From NCBI GenBank assembly GCA_002633005.1, contig NMRA01000506.1:82069-146068 (forward strand): a stretch of 64,000 bases of DNA, read 5' to 3'. Position numbers and translations under genes: made by a program. Each line of letters opens with the position of its first letter. Within the stretch, counting starts at the first letter, position 1. Shown one piece after another: positions 27,143 to 38,100 of the stretch. Below the pieces are notes generated by a model that was given only the letters and a program-made list of their open reading frames with translations, did no database searches and was not told the origin of the DNA. The DNA is from Phoronis australis. Taxonomy: Eukaryota; Animalia; Phoronida.

Positions 27143-27795
27143 GATTTATTGTTAATTTCTTTATGTATTACTTTACTTGTAATGAATATCATTGTTTTAA
27201 CTGAGGCTGAATTTTAGAGAAGCGAAAACAATTCCTTCGGTGGGGATGGGAGATTGTCGGTTTTTCTTTCTCTGAGTTAGTGCCTGTTTGCTCCTAAGTC
27301 ATGACGGGAATTGGTGCATTACTCACAGCAAAGTAGTTTTCATTTAGCTGTGGGATGGGCTTGTTCGTATTTTGAACTGTCCACGTTATGTAGTTGTTTG
27401 AAGAAGGGATAAGTGTGTGTTTTTAGCACCAGCTGTCTGCATATGAGTTGTTACTGGGTTGCTTGATACACTAATACGTTATTATGGTGAAAGTTTTGAA
27501 ATAAAACGGGAAAATTTGTAGTAAGTTAACTGAAAATTTGATTCAAACTTAAACTGATGTTTCAAGAGGATAACTTTCATCATTTTTAACTAGCTTTATT
27601 ATGTCATTGGCATAAATCTGCAGTATTTGGTGGCATTTTTGCTGTTGGTAATGTAAAGTACGGTTAGGTTATTTTCGTTATTATTTTTACTATAACGATG
27701 AGTTTTATGGAATACCGGTAGTTCTGAAAACCTGTGCGCATAACCATCTCTTATATAACAAGTTTCTACGAGGTAGAATCGGATTAAAATTCTTA

Positions 27796-28405
27796 AGGCC
27801 CATTCCTATACGGTTAACTTTGTCACTATCGAAGTTTCGAAGTTAACTCTGGTTAACCACGAAGTTAAGCGTTAGTGTTTCCATCAGCTTTGGAGTTATA
27901 GTTCAATGAAGTTATCGCAAGGGAGCGCTATCATGACCTTTTGTCATGTGGCCTTGCTGGTTTTGACAGTGCTTATGATCAAAAATGGCAAGGATCTTTC
28001 CCTTTTTCCTAATGGAAACTAGAACGTCAACTTCACAAGGCAGGTAAGGGTTGCCATGTTGGGATAATGATGATGTACTAGAAAATGATGTATTCAAAAT
28101 TTTGACTTTTGCTCAGACAAAGACATTATGGCGTGGTGGGAACTCATTTTCAGTACACTTCATGTTCAGTGATTTTTTCATGTAAAGAATCCAGCAAATA
28201 TGTGGATAAATTGAAACAGAATGGTTATGCTGCCAAAATAATAATTAGTAGAACAAAATATTAACAAATAGTAACCACTCTATGCCCACTATTGGCAAAT
28301 GCAGGCAGCGACCCCTACCGATAACTCCGATGGCTTTGAAGATAAGTGTTTCCACTGACTGAAACTTCGGCAACACCGAAGTTTCTGAGGCAGTGGGAAA
28401 GGCCT
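27796..28405 (-). mobile_element. Tourist/PIF-Harbinger-like MITE (family A), downstream of HSD3B stop
   Basis: TTA|AGGCCCATTCC...GGGAAAGGCCT|TTA, giving a 3-bp TTA TSD. The right end is the exact reverse complement of 20774-20792. Confidence 0.8.
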
Positions 28406-28603
28406 TTATACTGTTTCACAAACATGATATAACACAAGAATATTCAGTTAGTTTGTTGTTTTGATTTACATCTTCCATTGCTTAAAGTATTTTATAAATG
28501 TCATGAAATCTGCCTTCAATTATTGATGTAACTTAGATTTTTGTGCTTTTGCATGAAATAGTTTGTGATTCCTTTAGCTTTACTTGCTCATGTTTAGACA
28601 TTT

Positions 28604-28851
28604 GGTCAGTAAAAACTGTTCTCTGACCTTAGCCAAGTATGGATGTCCAATTGCGTCAGTAAAAACTGTTCTCTGACCTTAGCCAAGTATGGATGTCCAA
28701 TTGGGTCAGTAAAAACTGTTCTCTGACCTTAGCCAAGTATGATGTCCAATTGGGTCAGTAAAAACTGTTCTCTGACCTTAGCCAAGTATGATGTCCAATT
28801 GGGTCAGTAAAAACTGTTCTCTGACCTTAGCCAGTTGTGGATGTCCAATTG
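28604..28851 (+). repeat. minisatellite, 5 x 49-50 bp
   Basis: Unit ggtcagtaaaaactgttctctgaccttagccaagtatggatgtccaattg, starting at 28604, 28654, 28704, 28753 and 28802. Copies are near-identical. Confidence 0.97.
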
Positions 28852-31800
28852 GTTCAGAAGCTTTCCAAGTATCATGAGAGAATAGTACATTTCTCTTTGC
28901 CAAATTACTTGTAGTATTATGAGGTGAGTTTCTATGGAATTATTCGAATTAGTTGATTTTTGTGTATTATTGAAATGTTGATTTTTTTTGAAAAACTGCT
29001 ACCACTAATGGACTGTCAATGGATGTTTTTAGAAATTCAGATTTGGAGAATCAAAACTGTTTCCAAGTCAGAACTTTGTTGAGGTGATATATCCTTCATT
29101 CATTTCATTTTGTCTTTCTACTCCAACAAAAGGTGCCGCTGGTTTTCAGACTTAATCTTGTGACTTAAGTTATTCTGAAGCTTGTATTATTCCTTATGAC
29201 TGGTGTAAGAATAGTTACCATAGTCCAGCCCCACTGTGGGCTTGGAAGGTTCTTTTGTGTTTATGTTATTTATATTTTAAGTTCAATGCAAGTTTTACCT
29301 TTTAATTATATGGCCATAATGTTTTGCCTATTCTGTAGTTGGTAATAATAGCTTTAATTTGAGTGTTGAATGTTAAATTTGATTTTAATTAGTGAAATTA
29401 CATTTTGATTAAAATAACATTCTTTGATCGATTTAGCCTCAACATATGGAATTTATTTTATACCGGTAATTGGAATTCGCGTTTTGATTTTTGTACATCA
29501 GTTCATATTTTTATAACATCTTAGCCAAAGAATTATACTTGTAAAAAATGCTCATTCACTGTCAAGGAGTAGCTATATTCGTAGTGATACAGTTTAGGTT
29601 TGAATTGTGCTGAGACGTTAATGACTTAAATCAGTCTAGTAAAAGATCGAACTGTGCACAACTTACGAGAATTGGGTCGGAGTTTTGAATAATGTACTTG
29701 TTATCTGGTCAGAAAGATATATAATTATTCTAGTACATACATGTATTATTTTTGAATTTGTAAAAGCAGAACCTGCATACGGGGTTCTACATCAGCTATC
29801 CTGAGGGGTGTATAGTTTTAGTAGGTCTTTTTACTTTCCCATGATACTAGATGAGAGTTACAAACCACGCTATTTCCTCAGTTCTCAATAACTCTGTATG
29901 ACTTTCTGGAGGTTGTGAAACTAGAAATTTGGTTCACCCTCACCCTCTTAAGTATTACTGTCTGACATGTGTCAGGCGTATCTCATTAAACCATTGCGAT
30001 TGGTTAGAATGTGTGTTCTCTCACCATGTGTCTGAAGCTACTTATGGTTGATTTTGACCAATAAGGTGTCTTTAATTATTCTGCACTGTCATGGTGGGAC
30101 CAAAGATGTTTGTGTTCGCCAGTATACAGCTTACAATGCAATTTATGTTGATGGTATTAAAGTACTGTTCTTCAGACTTCAGATTTAGTCTATCTGAGTT
30201 CAGGGTGTTGTGTGAAAAAAAATTCAATGCAAAATTTAGTTCAAGTTGAGTTTTTTTATTATGGACCTTGTATTAGTTGTGACTAGTAGCTGCAGAATAC
30301 ACGTGTGCGAGAAATTCATCTGGATTTTTCTTTACCACGTTAATCATTTGGATTTACTTAGACAGACAATCGTATGGAAAAAATATGTAGCAAAAGTGAT
30401 GTAATGGTGTTAGATAATTTTTAGAACACGCAGTGAGGGTAATTCTCAACATTCAAAGGATGTGTTGCAATGTTCAACTTTGGCTAATGCCAGTACTGGA
30501 AAGGCAACTTTCTTTTTTCCATAGCTCACTTCCTTGTAAATTGTGTGGTGTGATGAGAAATACCTTTGTGCTTATTGTTGATTTACATTAGGTGTATTGT
30601 CTTATTTTGTTATACATGTACCTGTTAGTAGAGAGAATCTTATTGGTTGTGAAACTCGAAAATATGGCTTTACAAATTATGGGCTATGACCAAATGACTG
30701 AGAATTGGAAGTAACCACATGTTGATGCCACATACTGTGCGATAAGATTAGGGGAGGCTGTCCCCAGAAATGATCCCTGGACTCCAGGAGGTGACTCGCT
30801 GTATTGAAAATGCTCGAAATTTGTCTGCCTTGAGATGCATTCCGTGTTTTTAAAATTACGCTTTGGGGCTTATAAAGAGACATGATCGCTAATAGGGCTG
30901 ACAAGTGTATTTTGGGATTATTGTAGGATCCGATAGACTTCTTGAGATTAGAAGCTTTGACCAGAGTTGTAAATTAAAAATATCTCTTGTTTTTGTTATT
31001 ACAAATTGCCAATCACTTTGTTTTTGTTGTTTTATTACAAATTGCCAATCACTATCGCCATTGTCTGCCAAACATTTGCTGGAATCAAGTCGGCAATTTT
31101 ACCAATAAAACTGTTAACTAAACATACTGTGCCATTTATTAATTGGGTCTTAGCTCCGCCAACAAACCATTTGAATTTGACCGTGGGAGTTGCTGGCTCG
31201 ATTCTGCAATGGGGCCAATCTCTTGACGACAATGTCACTTTAAGTTCCTTTGTTGTATTTATTTAGAGATAATCTCAAGAAGCATGTCTTGTCCGCATGA
31301 AGACGAGTTGTTATGGAGTTGTTGTCAGACTTCATTACTGGGGGGCAAAGGAGACATAGGCCCCCCCCTAAAATTCTCCCATATTCCATTTGGCAGTTTG
31401 GGGGTGCGAATGTCTGACGGGCAAAATCCTGGCAAATACTCTGTCCTGGCCCCCCCTCCTATCTCAAAATCCTAGATCCGCTCCTGGGCATCATCAGTGA
31501 TTACTATTTTGTACTCAGTGACATCATAGACGAGTATGTATTGTGACATGTAGTTATCAGTCTATGAACATGCAATGGGTGTGACTTAATGATACGTTTT
31601 ACCTAGTCAGTTGTATTACTAATTACCAATAAGTGAACACCACTGCATGGAGAGTGCAGTGCCTAACTAGCAAATTCCATTCAAATTCAAAACAGTTGCA
31701 CAACATCTTGGAAATGGAACTGATGACCTAAAACAAAATTACCCGAGATCCAAACTGAGCATTTTCATTTTTAGGTCCGTCATTTGTGTTTGCAGACATT

Positions 31801-31979
31801 AAAATATGGAGACCCGTTTTGAAAAGGAAACAGTGTTTAGTGAAACCTAATAAAATTTCAGGCTTCGTTCGTAATACATGACAATCTTGTGTGAAGACTT
31901 GCGGTATTTCACAACTCTTCCTAGAAAACAGCCTTACGTAATGCATACATGTTAACTGGTAGGTTTTCTTCATACGTGC

Positions 31980-32092
31980 CAGGGGCAAATCCAGGATTTT
32001 TATTTAGGGGGGGGGGGGGGGNNNNNNNNNNNNNNNNNNNNNNNNNNNNNNNNNNNNNNNNNNNNNATGGCCCCCCTCTAAATCCGCCACTG
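31980..32092. mobile_element. short G-tract MITE spanning an assembly gap
   Basis: Ends CAGGGGCAAAT / ATCCGCCACTG, flanked by a 5-bp direct repeat CGTGC. A related right end (CTAGATCCGCTCCTG) lies at ~31472-31486. Confidence 0.6.
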
Positions 32093-32415
32093 CGTGCTAT
32101 GCTTTCTTAGTTTTTTGTATCCTTATGTCATGGTGCTTAAGCGCTACATTTTATCCAGTACCACTACGTGGAAACCGATGTCAAAAAACCTTGTTTGACA
32201 TGTACGTAATTTTTTATGAGTAGGTTATTAATTTGTAAGGCTTCTTTTCCTGCTGGTGTTCGGTCATTGTTAAACCCAGTCAATACCAGTGGTGAACCAA
32301 AATGTTGAAATAATGTGTCTGCGGCCTCGTCATTTTGAGCTCAGGGCATTAATGTTGCCTTTGGATTTGTGCCATGTTTTTGAGTAGGACACAACTATTG
32401 GAGTCTATAAGTATT

Positions 32416-32421
32416 AATAAA
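32416..32421 (+). terminator. candidate polyadenylation signal of the HSD3B transcript
   Basis: AATAAA followed by a T/GT-rich tract, located at the strand-skew switch point. A more proximal AATAAA lies at ~27500. Confidence 0.4.
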
Positions 32422-32583
32422 CACTATTTGTATCTTTTATGGTTGTTTTCTTCTTGAATAGAATGTTCTTCATTTATATGCATACTACCTGGTATGTGTA
32501 AGTCAAAGCCTTTATACCAAGTTCCATCAACTGCATTGATTACAGAAGAGCTTTTAGACAGTAAAGGCAGACAGTGGGTGTCA

Positions 32584-32589
32584 TTTATT
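32584..32589 (-). terminator. candidate polyadenylation signal of the 2DBD-NR transcript
   Basis: TTTATT on the + strand (AATAAA on -), at the skew switch, ~2.4 kb past the stop codon. Confidence 0.4.
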
Positions 32590-33077
32590 TCTTTGTGGTC
32601 TATGTTCCCTGATAATACAAATACGTTTAAATCTTAAACATATATTAGCCGTTAATAGTACAGTTAAATATAATGGAAAATAAAATTCATCAGAATACAA
32701 GTGCGATAACAAGAAAAAATATGTCACAGACATATTTCACTTTCCAGTTTGTTGTCATGGTTACTGACAGTTGTCTACATCGTTAATTTGGACATTAGAA
32801 AATAACTTATCAAACACCAGAAAATCTGCACTCCCACTGGCAGTGGACCAACGCCAAAAGTACATCAAAACATAAAATTTTGCTAAAAACTAGCACAAAC
32901 GTCTAAGCAGCACTGAAAACAGATCACTTAAAACTATAAACAGTACAATATGTGAAAAGTGAATGAATTAACATGATGTTCACTTCTATATGAAAATTTA
33001 GTTGATGTCTTGAAGACATCTTCGATATTACTCCCAACTATTTCATAACCATCTTCATCTAAATGCATAAACTAAAA

Positions 33078-33480
33078 GCCCTTTCATACGGTCTGAGCAG
33101 AGTGTCGATGTAAACTGTAAAGTTAACTGAACTGTTCATACCGGCTTCGGTGGTCAACAGACATCGAAGTAAATAGTAGATGACGTTGTCATCAAAGTAA
33201 TCGCAAGGTGGCGCTAATGCATCGCGTGCACGCTAATGAGACCATTTTTGAACATTTACATGTGCTAATTGACTTCAAACATTTCTAATTTGATTGGTGA
33301 CTATTTAAGTAAAACTATTAGCTACGACAGTGCCCTTTAATTGTTAATGATAAAAATGGCACCGCAGCATCGACACTGCTGTTAAATCCACCTGTTTACT
33401 TCGATCCAGGACCGAAGTTAACCGGTCATACTGGCCACAACTCCCAAAACATCGACGCGTCGACATTAGTATGAAAGGGC
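33078..33480. mobile_element. MITE related to family A
   Basis: Perfect 12-bp TIR GCCCTTTCATAC / GTATGAAAGGGC. The internal segment (rc cgaagtaaacaggtggatttaacagc) resembles 20863-20888. Confidence 0.75.
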
Positions 33481-35017
33481 CTTGTAGCCACCCAGCAGCA
33501 TAAATGGCAATTACTCAGGAGTTCAAATTTGCATTGAGTGTTTATAAGAGGTGAATGTTTACTAGGGTAAATGTGCTCAATATAATTACATCAGTTAGAG
33601 TTTGTCACTGTGCGGAAATACACCAACACACAGGTGGCTGCACAAAACAGTAAAACTGCCTTTGAGTAAATTTATGGACACAACAAAGCAAAAGGTCAGT
33701 AAATAGGATTCACTTTCCACACGAATGACTGCTTATTAAGGCACAAAATATTTCAGATCACTTAGTCAACCAAAGCGGCGAGAAAAATAATAAATGGGAT
33801 TAATTAATATCCAGTTAATGATTCAGAGGTTTAACCTATCAGTGCACTATGGCCCACTCAATAAGATAACGCAACACCCGCCGCAAGCAACACAACAGAA
33901 GTGTGCAATATACACAAAAAATAAATTTCACTGAACACTGCACACAAATTTAAGCAGAATATTTACACACCCAAAACCACAGATTTACTACAGTCAGCAC
34001 CTTGGTTGAGTTTCTAATTCATTTTAGTGAGCACAGTCCAGCAAGTACCCAATTAATGAAGCAACATTGTTAACATGTTGAAGACTAGAATAATTGAGGA
34101 CATCAAAGCCCTAGAAAGTGGAATAACCTTGAGAAGAATATCATGAAACAAAAAAATAAACCAACTTGCAGAAAAACGCAAAAGAGACTGCTGTACATTA
34201 TGCAAAAGTTTACAACTTCAAAACAAATCTCAGAACCTGAAATATAACTCCGAGTCTTGGGTTTCGTCATCTCCGTTGCACAACAGAGTCAAGGCTAAAA
34301 TCCCGCCTCCCAGTAAACGTGGTCTGGTGCTAGAATTCCAAAACAGTTTTAAATGCCTTAAGTACGCATACCATAGTGCAAACTGAGTTAGTGGGATAAC
34401 ACTTCTGTGTCTGAGAGTATGTGGCACAAACAAAACAAGATTCAGTTATCCTACACATAAAATGTTTTGACTAAATTCACTTTGTTGGTCTGCAATTATA
34501 GTAAAACTAGCAAAAGTCGAACTTTTGTTGTTCTGTGGTACGGTTGTTCTAATTTGTTCACCAACCCTACTTCAGAAAAGTCTGATCTTGGCTTACTTGA
34601 TATAAATCTCTTGGTCTGGTTAGACTTGTGCCAGTTTTAGTGCACATACTATGCAGCTTTGTCCCTGAGTAAACCGATGTCAGCAAGACCACATGAGTCT
34701 CTGACATAACTGAGAATAACAAGCAGAGCAGGTGATGTCATTGACTGGCCTTTCATCACCAGCAACTCGACTTGTTCTAGACCTGCTGTCACATTCAATA
34801 GGTGGCGCTAGTAAAGGAAGGATCCTTTGAAAACACAAAGGTATTCACCACAAGAGGGCGTGCATGACATAAGAGGCCCAAGTGACTTGAATGCATGTAT
34901 CTCTATAAGTAAAGCTACCAATTCCCTAGTGCCATCTACTGAATTTAATTTCCTCGTTATCATTCTGTTCAAACAGTCCATGGCTTGCGTGAAACTCTTC
35001 TCGTCTTGGCGACTTCA

Positions 35018-35175
35018 TCAGCAAATATTGTTACTGATATCACACTGGTTTTCTGTAAGTTCAGCGTCCATGTGAATGAACTTCGTCAGATGCGTGAACC
35101 AGATCCCAAGATGTCGCAACTTAGGTATGAAGGAGACCAAGTCACTCAGACGGTTAGACTTCTTTCCAATTTTAC
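35018..35175 (-). CDS. 2DBD-NR: 2DBD-NR last coding exon: LBD helices 10/11 and stop
   Basis: Encodes (R)KIGKKSNRLSDLVSFIPKLRHLGIWFTHLTKFIHMDAELTENQCDISNNIC*. Acceptor ctttcag; TGA at 35020-35018. Confidence 0.86.
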
Positions 35176-38100
35176 CTGAAAGCAAACAAGGCGTATCAGC
35201 GACAAGCTTCTAGTGCCCATAAATAGACAAGAATTTGCACCACAAAATGACCACGTTGTAATCACATGGCAGAGTACATAAACATCCAAGTTTGCAAAAT
35301 ACAAGCAATACTGGGACATTAACCATGGAACTGAATTCGATAATTGTATGTAATGTTACTACATATGGAACAACACAGATGCGACTGTGATAATTACTAC
35401 AAGGTATTACTGAAGGGTTTTTGTCGAACCTTTGGAAATACTTGGTACCTAAGAACACAGTAAATACGCGTGACCTTATCAATGGTACAATCAGATACAG
35501 CAAAAGTTAAGATACGACATGAGGGGCACTTACGGTAGACATAGGCATCCAGTGCCTTCAGCATCATTGAGTAAAGCTTGTGAATTTTGTCTGTGTCTGT
35601 AAGCTCTAAATAATCTGAAATAAATGAGATGAAATTGAATTCTCTGCAGGTTCCAACTAGGATAAGGATGAATGATACCACAATGTTCATTCCTTCTTGG
35701 AGTCGTGCACCACATTCTTTAAAACTACCCTATTCGCCATAATAACCGCCCAGGGCGCTTAGAAAAGTTTGTTTCAGGGGGGCGCTTATTATAACTCAAG
35801 GCCGTTGAAACCCGATCTCCGAAACGGGTGAAATTGGAAGCTAAGATTCATCTTATTTACGCTCTGTGACGTATCAGTAATCTATGAAAGACTTTCTACA
35901 AAACCGTGGTGGCATTGCTATCAAACTTTGCTCCTAAATCACGATCATTTCACAGAAAATTGTGCCGAAATCCCAGGGCGAAACTTCGCCGACTGCCTGC
36001 CTCGCAATCGTCGATATGGCGACTTGAATGCTTGAATAAAAATACAGTTTCGACTCAAGCAAATTACCTGAAATCCTCCTTACGTTTTCCAAGTAACGTC
36101 CCTAAGATTTTAAAGTTCCCGTGTAGTCGGGATCACGGCAGGTTTAAGTACAAATCTATGCTAGTACATCGTGCCATCTACATGTACGATCGGCAACATG
36201 AGAAAAATGTCTGGACGAACACACATGTTGTTGTCACGTGACGTTTGTTTTGAAGTTGTCTGCGTTTGTGAGTAAGCGAGCGCGTGCGTGTCACCAGAGT
36301 TCATTTGCCAGAGCAGATACCGTCTTTTGGCCAGAGCCACGCAATCTAATGAGCTAGATGTGCATTGTATCTTAAGAAATTTGCACAAGCAGTAGGCCTA
36401 AACCAGAGCACGTTTCACTCAGCACTTGCCGGTCTCATGTAGCTAAAAATGACATTTGTCTTGGTAAGGCCATATTAGTCGCCGGTGGCTGGATGCGGCG
36501 TACGTGACTATCTGACAGTTATTTTTGGGTGTAAGGGTGTGTAAGCATTCACTGTCAGTGGTCATTTTATGGGATATTTGGCTTAAAAACACCAATTATG
36601 GTTCATCAAACAATTCATCTTAAAAATAACGCAAACATTTTTTGTAGTATTAGAAACTGTCGGAAATTAGTGCCAATATTCATTTCTTGCCGATGCTTTG
36701 CTGCCCGTTTCATGAATGGATAGTTCCCGACTAATGTCTTTGATGACAGGTTCATGTATGTAGCGCGCGCTTCCTGGCCACGTGCTTTTAACACTGGCCA
36801 AGCTTTTTAGTAGTCTTCGATACGCGCGGTTTTCACGTGTAGGCCTACAAAGAAATTTGGATTCCTGTTGAAAGCGGGAAATATCTACAAAGAAGTCCCA
36901 TAGACAAGTACACTACTTCTGTTCTGAAAGGCCAGACCATTGGTCCTCGCAATATTAGCAGAACCTTTGTGTTCGTTTTGAGGCATGGCGGAAGTTTGAA
37001 GTGGCAAGTCACGGCTAAATACCAACATAGCGGCAAGGCTCGTGGTCTACAAATTCTGCGTACAATGATATTTTTCAGGACTGTCGGATATTATTGATAA
37101 ATTGAAGACACTACTGTAGAATTTTAGGACTGTAGGTAAGGCATTTTTCGCATGTACACGTTCATGGACTGGGCACTTATTTTAGCAAAGTCTGAAAACG
37201 CATGGGGGGGCCTTTATAGGGGCATGGGCGGTTATTACGGCAAATATAGTACTTATAAGGTGGGAAAAATTTAGTTTGACGACCAAATAATCGACAGAGA
37301 GAAGCAGAAATAAAACCTTAAAACCAACAGTCATTCTGAGAGGTCACGGTGTCAATAAAACTACACAACTTGACAAAATCAATAGCACTGGCACATAACG
37401 TGTAACATGCTTGTGAAAATGTAACCCTTTGTTCATGTAACATACCTATAACACCCCACTTACGTCACAGTTTTAACTCACCATTAGAAGACCACATACT
37501 CAACTCAAGTAAAACTGGCGATCGCATGCGACTGTCCCAAAACGTACCTTCTGAGAGAAGAATCAGTGAGCACAGCATGCTGGCCTCTGTGTCATCCATA
37601 GCCATTGTGTTTAACTTCCAGCTGAGAGAGCACAGCTGGGTCTGAAACAACCCCATGGGGTGCCCAGCAGGAAGCTTTGTGCAGTCGAAGCTGTGGAACT
37701 TTCCAGTGTTGGGGTCAAACATGCGCAGACTAGCCCAGACCATGCCAATTTGGAATGAGCCATATTTCAGAAGAATCATTTGGTCTTCCCTGCACAAGTT
37801 GCAGAAGCCTAGGGAAACGAAATATTTGGTTGTTAGTGTCTACTTCATTAATCAGGGGGTGCTCTGCCTTCAGCATGTGATAACTAACCTCAAAACAGAA
37901 AAATAGAAGAAATGCTTGTTATACCAGTCAACATTAAAAAATATTATATCAGGGCAATTAAACTTTGTTAATACTGATGACGAACATGATACAGTATAGC
38001 GCACAATACTGTTAATATATGGAATGTTATTGGCTAATTTGCGGAAATAAATTCAAAGTGCATTTCAAAACAATTCAAAATTCGATACTTAGATAATCAA

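Noticed and set aside
28604-28851. CRISPR-like array
   Set aside because: The units are contiguous and near-identical with no unique spacers, no cas genes are present, and the context is eukaryotic.
35040-35130. Rev-erb/E75-like heme-binding His in helix 11
   Set aside because: Aligning LRHLGIWF to the LRxLxxxH motif puts Phe at the heme-ligand position; the nearby His residues are out of register.
35906-37036. ORFs inside the 1.5-kb TIR element as a transposase
   Set aside because: They are short, and no DDE/DDD or HTH motif is recognisable.
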